From contig JAHIGH010000171.1 of assembly GCA_018900295.1 (NCBI GenBank), positions 1 to 26,501 of the forward strand: a DNA stretch of 26,501 nt. Reading direction: 5' to 3'. A program made the position numbers and the translations under genes. Each line of letters opens with the position of its first letter. Position 1 is the stretch's first letter. The notes below the pieces were generated by a model. It worked only from the letters and a program-made list of their open reading frames with translations, searched no databases and was not told the DNA's origin. Shown one piece after another: positions 1-7,000 of this stretch. The DNA is from Patescibacteria group bacterium. Its GTDB lineage: Bacteria; Patescibacteriota; Microgenomatia; Levybacterales; UBA12049.

Positions 1-1
1 A

Positions 2-172
2 AATTTAGGCCAAAGATATTCACAGGAAGTGAAATCTGATCAAAGACCTATAAATCCCCCCCGAAGATTCCAAGCCAACAAACCGCAAGACAATCAGGAG
101 GAAGATTTAAACCAAAAAGCTCCAAATGACTGGCTCGCCCCAAAAGTCTACAAAGGCTCCTCCAACTTTTAA
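2..172 (+). CDS. 3' end of an unidentified gene (partial, low-complexity C-terminal tail)
   Basis: Frame 2 is open from the window edge to TAA at 170-172 (NLGQRYSQEVKSDQRPINPPRRFQANKPQDNQEEDLNQKAPNDWLAPKVYKGSSNF). It is followed by a REP-like element. No recognisable motif. Confidence 0.5.
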   Translation, partial: NLGQRYSQEVKSDQRPINPPRRFQANKPQDNQEEDLNQKAPNDWLAPKVYKGSSNF

Positions 173-193
173 TAAACGCGGACTTACACAGTT

Positions 194-253
194 GTCATTC
201 CCGCGAAGGCGGGCGACACCATGAAATGGGTAGCACCCTTGTGGTGAATCCAG
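194..253. repeat. REP-like palindrome (GTCATTCCCGCGAAGGCGGG...AATCCAG; CGTC-type REP/dRS3-like) with a 33-bp internal hairpin insert
   Basis: GTCATTCCCGCGAAGGCGGG (194-213) and AATCCAG (247-253) reconstitute the known ATTCCC-N8-GGGAAT repeat if 214-246 is removed. Confidence 0.75.
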
Positions 254-344
254 TACATACAAATAATATTTTTCGCATTAATGCGTAAATTTTAAGATTA
301 TAGATTGCAAAGATTATAAAGATTTAGTTAAAAAAGCTTTATTT

Positions 345-1103
345 ATGACAAAAGAGAAAGGATCGTTTATTAATTTCAAAAAAGATGTGCCGCTTGAGAT
401 TGTCCGTAATTTGAAAGAGGGCGTTATGCTCATTAGAGCATGTATAGGAACGCGCAAACAATATAAGCAGACTAACCCCACGCTTTATAAACAAATTTTT
501 GAGGACATTGAATGGAATGCCACGCATGACGTAAGTTTATATGGAGGTAGTATATACGAAAATAAAAAGTCTAAATACGCTAGTGAGCAATCATATATTA
601 TTTCCCCGCTTGATGAAAATAATAAAGCATCCAATTTATACAATGATTGCACAGGGATATTATTAATCGGTCAGGACAAAATAACCGGTAATAATATTTC
701 TTTATTAAGCCATCAAAATCCTAGATATTTCTTAATTAATCAAGATAATAAAAACACCTTTAAGCACGGTTTGGATCTGGCCCTTGAGGAAGCAAAAAAA
801 CGGTGTTTTGAAGGGACTATTGACATAGTAATTTTTGGCGGCAACTATCTAAAAGAAAATGCCCTATCTCAAAATAACTATATTAACTCGGTTAATTTAC
901 TTAATGAAGAGGTAAAAAAGGTTTTAGGGTTTGAGCCTTTTGTAATAACAGGCCCTAAAACTAATGATGATAAAGGCTATAAAGACGACGTTTTTTATGA
1001 TAATTCCAATCAACGGTTTTATATAATGAGAGGTCAAGTTGGCGATGCTTCAGCCGAAAGTTATTTTCCAAGCAAAATAGAGGAACAGAAGAAAAGGTGG
1101 TAG
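345..1103 (+). CDS. Hypothetical protein, CheD/CNF1-like cysteine hydrolase (deamidase) fold
   Basis: 252-aa ORF. NDCTGILLIG (Cys102) ... LLSHQ (His123), IDIVIFGGN and DVFYDNSNQRFYI parallel the CheD pattern GSC..H, K[VI]FGG, V.FD..TG.V. Confidence 0.6.
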   Translation: MTKEKGSFINFKKDVPLEIVRNLKEGVMLIRACIGTRKQYKQTNPTLYKQIFEDIEWNATHDVSLYGGSIYENKKSKYASEQSYIISPLDENNKASNLYNDCTGILLIGQDKITGNNISLLSHQNPRYFLINQDNKNTFKHGLDLALEEAKKRCFEGTIDIVIFGGNYLKENALSQNNYINSVNLLNEEVKKVLGFEPFVITGPKTNDDKGYKDDVFYDNSNQRFYIMRGQVGDASAESYFPSKIEEQKKRW

Positions 1104-1117
1104 TATATACTTTATAA

Positions 1118-2002
1118 ATGAAATTAACCAAAGAAAGACAAGGCGAGGCTTTTATATTTATCGAAGCCTCTCTCTGGGCGTTATTTCCTATACTTACAAT
1201 TATATCCTACAACAAAGTCTCTCCCCTTATTTCACTCGGAATAAGTACGATATTTGCGACTGTCTTTTTTGCGATAGTATTAACTGTAAAAAAGAAATGG
1301 CATGAAATAACAAATACATCCGCTTTCAAAGATATATTACTAACAACACTCTTTATAGGCATATTTTATTATTTGCTTTATTTTTTTGGCCTGCAATACA
1401 CAAGCGCCGGAAACGCAAGTATTATTACCAAAATTGAGATATTTTTCAGCTATTTATTATTCAATATTTGGAAAAAAGACAATTTACCGCCAAAGCATAT
1501 AGCAGGAGCCGTCTTAATGGTAATCGGTGCGTTAATTGTTCTGTATCCGAATTTACATGTATTTAAACTCGGCGACCTTTTGATATTGGCAGCTGCATTT
1601 TTTCCTCCTTTTGGAAATTTTTTTGCGAGACGCGCGCGGGAAAAAGTCAGTAGCGAAACAATCATGTTTTATCGAAGCATCATAAGCTCCGCGGTTATCT
1701 TTTTGCTCATATTTATTTTCAAAAATACTTTTTCCTATTCAGATTTGAAAGATTCATTTATAGTCCTTCTTATCATAGGTGTATTCTTACTGGGGCTTTC
1801 AAAAATCTTGTGGATAGAAGGGATTATGAGAATTAGCGTTGTAAAAGCCAATGCGTTAGGAAGTATATCTCCCCTTTTGACTCTTTTGTTCGCCTGGATA
1901 TTTTTGCGCGATATCCCCACCCATTGGCAGTTGCTTTCCCTCATCCCCATCTTTTTCGGAATAATCCTCTTGGGGATGAATGGAAAAGAGTCAACAAGTT
2001 GA
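1118..2002 (+). CDS. EamA/DMT family transporter
   Basis: 294 aa, about 10 hydrophobic segments in two repeats. Motifs GLQYTSAGNASII, LGDLLILAA and LSPLLTLLFAWIFL are typical of EamA. Confidence 0.9.
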   Translation: MKLTKERQGEAFIFIEASLWALFPILTIISYNKVSPLISLGISTIFATVFFAIVLTVKKKWHEITNTSAFKDILLTTLFIGIFYYLLYFFGLQYTSAGNASIITKIEIFFSYLLFNIWKKDNLPPKHIAGAVLMVIGALIVLYPNLHVFKLGDLLILAAAFFPPFGNFFARRAREKVSSETIMFYRSIISSAVIFLLIFIFKNTFSYSDLKDSFIVLLIIGVFLLGLSKILWIEGIMRISVVKANALGSISPLLTLLFAWIFLRDIPTHWQLLSLIPIFFGIILLGMNGKESTS

Positions 2003-2027
2003 CTTATGGTAATTAGTTTGTTACTAT
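1999..2027 (+). promoter_or_regulatory. Sigma70-type promoter for the fic gene
   Basis: TTGACT (1999-2004), 17-bp spacer, TACTAT (2022-2027). The -35 lies in the palindrome AGTCAAC-AA-GTTGACT (1989-2004). Confidence 0.7.
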
Positions 2028-2032
2028 GCAAC

Positions 2033-2085
2033 TAGACTGATTATTAGACTAATCCCTAGACTTAAATTAGACTGGTAACTGGACT
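2033..2085 (+). repeat. Five T(A/G)GACT direct repeats at 11-12 bp period (candidate operator array)
   Basis: TAGACT at 2033, 2045, 2057 and 2068, TGGACT at 2080, directly between the promoter and ATG 2093. Confidence 0.8.
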
Positions 2086-2092
2086 GAAAACT

Positions 2093-3304
2093 ATGGATGA
2101 AATAATAGTAAAAAAACCATTTAAACAACCATTTCTTAACCAATTTGTTTTGGCTTCGAGCCTGCTGCCTTTTACCGATGAAGAAATACTGAAATTAGAT
2201 TCAGACCTTAACAAGTACGAAATATTATTTTTAAACCCGGATATAGAGAAAAATCTTATCAGTAAAAATGAACTATTAGCCTCTTTTGCTATCTCTAAAG
2301 CGGAAAACTCTAAATTAACACTTCAGGAAGCGCAAGATGTATATAATTTCATTTTAAATAACAAAGACTATACTTTTATTAGCGAAAAACTCAAAAGGGG
2401 AGAAAAATTAGTGGAAAAAGATTATGACAAACTGGAATTTTATAATATCGCTAAAATCTTTAGAAGCTATAATCAAAACCCAATTCACATAAATAAAGTA
2501 ACTCCTGATTATATAAAAGAGCTGCATAAACAATTAACACAAGGACTTGATATTTTTAAAGACCACCTGCCGCATTTTGACGTATATAAATCCGGACATT
2601 GGCGCGATAATGACGATATCAGAATTGATGATTACAAACCGGCTCCATACACGGAAATTAGAAAGAGTATAGAAGAATTACTTGTATGGGTAAAGGAAAA
2701 TCACTCACTTACCTCAGTTGGCGTCTTTCACGCTGCGTTGTATGCGCTTCATCCCTTCAGAAATGGGAATAAAAGAGTATCCAGGGTACTTGAGCATATT
2801 TTTTTACGCAGTTTAAGAATTAATGGAAAGAATCTTTACAGTACTTCCTATTATTACCATAAAGAAAAGGCAAGATATATTAAGTACCTATTATTTTCAT
2901 TGAAAAAAAGAAATCTTAATCATTTTGTCGGGTTTTTTCAAGAAGCGCTTGTTTTATCTATAATTAGTGTTATTAAAACCAGCCTTGAAGTAAAAAGAGA
3001 TGAATTTATTATTAGTAGAGATTTGGATGAAACTACTAAAACCATTCTAAAACCCCTTATAAAGCGCCGTGAAATACAATTTAATAATTTATACAAAGAG
3101 GTCAGTCGCAAAATGGCAAGACAGACATTTACCAATTATTTAGAAAAAGCTACTGTTGAGGGGGTAGTTACGAGACGCGGTGAGGGGCGTAATGTATATT
3201 ACGGCCTTAATAATTCATTTCAAGAGGAAAAAGAAATTCATACATTACTGGATTTTGTAAAACCAAAACTATCCTTCATCCCCGATGAAATAAAACTGGT
3301 TTAG
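2093..3304 (+). CDS. Fic/Doc family protein with C-terminal winged-helix domain
   Basis: Fic motif HPFRNGNKRVSR (2750-2785), N-terminal SKAENSKLTL resembling the alpha-inh (S/T)xxxE(G/N) helix, C-terminal HTH-wing pattern ARQTFTNYLEKATVEGVVTRRGEGRNVYY. Confidence 0.85.
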   Translation: MDEIIVKKPFKQPFLNQFVLASSLLPFTDEEILKLDSDLNKYEILFLNPDIEKNLISKNELLASFAISKAENSKLTLQEAQDVYNFILNNKDYTFISEKLKRGEKLVEKDYDKLEFYNIAKIFRSYNQNPIHINKVTPDYIKELHKQLTQGLDIFKDHLPHFDVYKSGHWRDNDDIRIDDYKPAPYTEIRKSIEELLVWVKENHSLTSVGVFHAALYALHPFRNGNKRVSRVLEHIFLRSLRINGKNLYSTSYYYHKEKARYIKYLLFSLKKRNLNHFVGFFQEALVLSIISVIKTSLEVKRDEFIISRDLDETTKTILKPLIKRREIQFNNLYKEVSRKMARQTFTNYLEKATVEGVVTRRGEGRNVYYGLNNSFQEEKEIHTLLDFVKPKLSFIPDEIKLV

Positions 3305-3325
3305 AAAAAATGTTTAGAAAAAATG
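3299..3325. repeat. 13-bp tandem duplication GTTTAGAAAAAAT x2
   Basis: GTTTAGAAAAAAT at 3299-3311 and 3312-3324, spanning the fic stop codon. Confidence 0.8.
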
Positions 3326-3345
3326 ATAATAAATAGCTTTGTTTA

Positions 3346-3375
3346 TTGACAATAGATATTTTCTTTTGATACAAT
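3346..3375 (+). promoter_or_regulatory. Sigma70-type promoter for the Ig-protein/RHS locus
   Basis: TTGACA (3346-3351), 18-bp spacer, TG-n-TACAAT (TG 3367-3368, -10 at 3370-3375), 16 bp before ATG 3392. Confidence 0.7.
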
Positions 3376-3391
3376 TGCCCAATCGGTTGCA

Positions 3392-3976
3392 ATGAATAAA
3401 AGAATCTTCTCGCTCCTGATTCTGCCATTTTTTCTTCTTTCCCTTTTTCTTTTTACAAAAACAACTCACGCATTTTCTCTTGGAGATGTCGTAAATGGAG
3501 TTAAAAGTCTAATTTCTCCCGCTAAAAAAGAACTCAAAATTGACTCAAGCATCACCCTTGTCCCCGAAGGGGACGTGAATAAGAACGGACAAATAGACGC
3601 AGGCGACACCGTACGGTTTACCTACACACTGACCAATACCACAGACCGGGAATACTCCTTCGCGACCCTCAAGACCAACATCAACCGCAAGCAGCTAAAT
3701 TTCATCCACAATATTACCGGCACAGCCAGTCTCGATGATGACGGCAAGACAATCGAGATCCCCAATTTCCGCATAGCCCCCAATCAAATAGCGGCCATCA
3801 CCTTTGACGCAAGAGTAAATTACTACACCTCGGAGGATCCAACTATAGCCACAGTTCCTGAATTTTTTGATAACAATAATAGATCCATAGTCAAATCCCT
3901 CAAAAAAGAAATCAAAGCGATACGAATAAACAAAGATAAAATTCCCGGAATGATAAAAATGCAGATTAAAAAGTAA
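3392..3976 (+). CDS. Secreted Ig-like protein (DUF11/DUF7507-like domain)
   Basis: Basic-hydrophobic signal peptide ending TTHA. DVNKNGQIDAGDTVRFTYTLTNT matches the DxNxNG..D.GD.I.YT.T.TN start of DUF11-type repeats, followed by alternating beta strands (ITFDARV). Confidence 0.7.
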   Translation: MNKRIFSLLILPFFLLSLFLFTKTTHAFSLGDVVNGVKSLISPAKKELKIDSSITLVPEGDVNKNGQIDAGDTVRFTYTLTNTTDREYSFATLKTNINRKQLNFIHNITGTASLDDDGKTIEIPNFRIAPNQIAAITFDARVNYYTSEDPTIATVPEFFDNNNRSIVKSLKKEIKAIRINKDKIPGMIKMQIKK

Positions 3977-3989
3977 TTTGCTTTATGTG

Positions 3990-4065
3990 TTGTCATCCCG
4001 ACCGACCCCGCCTCGCGGGGAAGTGGAGGGATCTCTCACGAATGCGAGTTCGCACGGAATGACAA
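3990..4065. repeat. REP-like inverted-repeat element with nested GC hairpin
   Basis: Terminal IR TTGTCATCCCG (3990-4000) / CGGAATGACAA (4055-4065), 1 mismatch. Internal CCCCGC-CTC-GCGGGG hairpin (4006-4020) interrupts GTCATCCCGACCGA|AGTGGAGGGATCT. Confidence 0.8.
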
Positions 4066-4090
4066 AATTTTGGGTGGTACAAATTAAACC

Positions 4091-7000
4091 ATGAAAATCA
4101 AAAAACTAATCAAACAAATTGCCAAGACGGCATTCGTCTTCTGTTTGATTGTTCAACTGATAGCAACCCCGATCATTCCCGCTTTCCGGACGCCAATCAC
4201 TCCAAAATTAGTCCAAGCCGCAGGAGAAAGCTGCGGCGGTGGGGGAGGCAGTCCGACAGGCGCCAATTTACAAGCCCGAGTAGGCGGCGTCGCCCTCGAC
4301 CAGGCCGCTACTTTCCTCGCGGATATGACAGAAATTACAGGCGCGTATTACGATGCTGATCAGGACAGAATAGTCTTTGTAGGTAAAAAAAATACCTCTG
4401 CCCCAAAATTCGACAAGGATGATCTGGCAGTCGCGATCAAAGCACTGGTTTTCAACAATCACATTCCTTCAGTAAGCATGGAATTTAAAGATCCCAACAA
4501 CCCGTTTGGGGATACCAATTTAAATGTTTTATATTATGGCGGTATCGAAGATACTAGGTTTGGACAAGTAATGGTAGAAGCGGATTACAAAATGAAACAA
4601 TATTCCCTAGGATATAATGAAAATGGGCAAAAGATTGTTTCATCGGTTCCCGGATACAAGTCTCATTTTGATCGCTTTCTTGAAAAAAATCCCGACCCGA
4701 ATAAACGCTCACGTTCCCGCTGGTGGATTTCTCCCAAACTGGTAACTCTGAAAGAAGACGATACCGCAAAGTCATTTATCTTTGACCAGGTTCAAATGCA
4801 AATAGAAACAGAAGGGTTATTTCCCGATAATGACCCTGCCTGGAATCAGGCGGCCATTGAATTTGCGCAGCAACAAACAGATCTCTATGATCAGTTTGCC
4901 CAGGAAACCCCAAGTTATGCGCAAACAAAACAACTCGCAAAAATTGTCGGAGTGGTTAAATGGATCAAAGATAATAGTATTGTCAACAACTTTGAATGGG
5001 CTCGTGAGTATCAGCCAAAATATATAAATACTCCGCGGGAAATAAGAAGATTGACTACTCCTCAGGTTGAAAAAAATGGCATACTTTGGAGTATTACAGG
5101 CGGTGTAACATACGATGAACCAAATACATATACACCTGACAATGGTACCTCGACAAGCTTGAAGAACTCCTCCGAAGCGGTTGCCACTCCCACGGAACAA
5201 ATACACTGGACATTCACCAAAGACGGACAAACATATGATTCAGTTGCGGTAGCTGCCAACGCATTCAGAACACTTGGCGCATACACCACATCCTCAGTTG
5301 ATATAAATTTCCCGACCTCAGGCGATTTACCCCTTGCTTTTACGAGATCCTATTCTTCCTATTCAGGCGGACAAGATGGAATCGGCAGGGGTTGGGAAAT
5401 ACTCCCCGCCAGGTTATTTGACAATAAAACCGGCTGGTATGTGAATTGTACAACCGGCTCGCTTCCCGGTAATCATCCTTCGAAATTAGGATTCCAGACC
5501 GGGTCCGGCTTGTATGAAACCTTTACTTTTACAAGCTGCACTACCGGCTATAAAGCCGACAAACCAGAATACCATTCTCAAATATTTCATAATACAGACA
5601 GCTCATTCACCGCAAGACTTAAAAATCAAACCGAATATGTCTTTGATTCAGGGTTTAATCTGACAAAGATAAAAGACAAGAACGGTAATACAATTTCGTA
5701 TACTTATGATTCGCAAAATAAATTAACCGGCATTTCCGATAACAAGAGCCATGTATTAACCGTATCATACAATTCTCAAAATCTTGTTTCATCAATCAGT
5801 GATTGGAATAGTAGAGTTGTTGCTTATGGATATGACGTGCAGGGGAATCTGACAAGCGTCACAGATCCCAAAGGACAAATAACCAAATACTCTTATGATA
5901 ACAATAATAAATTAATAAGCACCGTTAATAGACTAGGACAAACCATCCTGGAAAATACCTATACTCCTGAAGCAAAAATTGCAAGTCAGAAAGACGCTGA
6001 TGGTACAATCACTACTTACTCCTATGATAATCAAAACAAGAAAATTTCTCTTACAGATAATTCAGGCAGATCATCAAATATAACCTATGATGACAAAGCC
6101 AGAATTCTGCAACAATCAGATCCCTATGCAAAAAATATCATCTACACTTATGGCACGGAATATGCTCCGCTCACGATTACCAATAAAAACAGTAATAAAA
6201 TAACCAACACATATGATGTCAATGGAAATTTGACTTCTTTAACATTGCCTACAACCAAAAAGATTACCTACGAGTATGACACAAAAAATAGACTAACAAG
6301 AATCCTTGACGCCAGATACGGTACTACCTCCAAAGAGACAAAGTTTACTTACGATACAAACGGTAATCTCACCCAGACAAATGAAGCGGCTATTCTCACC
6401 AATTACACCTACGACCCATACGGCGAAATGCTGACGCTTGCCAATAATGCCAACCAAAAAACAACCTATACCAGAGATGCTCTTGGTAATATTTTGACAG
6501 CTTTGGATCCTTTGAATAATACCGTAAGTTATGAATACGACACTTTGGGAAGACTTACCAAACAAACAGATCCTGATGGTAAAATAGTTACTTTTGCTTA
6601 CGACCAAAATAACAATGTAGTGAGCAGAACCGATGCCTCAGGAACAACCCTGTATGTTTACGATTCCGAAAACAGACTGCAAAAATCAACTCTTCCCAAC
6701 AACAATGTTACAGAATTTGCTTACAATACTTCAAGTTCATTAAATTCGGTTAAAAATGCGTTAGGAAGTCTCACCTCCTACGGTTATGACACTTACCAAA
6801 ATCTCACTTCCCAACAGGACGCTCTGAATAGGACAACCCAACATGCCTATGACCAATTAGACAGACAAACACAGGCAACAACGCCTTTGGGAAATATCTC
6901 CAAATGGGAATACGATGCTAACGGCAATCTGACAAAGAGGATTGACGCCAACAATCAATCAACAACATATACCTACGATACGCTCAACCGTCTCACTAAA

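Noticed and set aside
2033-2085. Possible mini-CRISPR or iteron array
   Set aside because: Repeats are 6 bp with 5-6 bp gaps, far too short for CRISPR, and there is no cas or rep gene nearby.
4091-4234. Lipoprotein signal for the RHS proteins (Cys after the leader)
   Set aside because: AGESC and YAETC do not fit the [LVI][ASTVI][GAS]C lipobox, and the Cys is well separated from the hydrophobic core.
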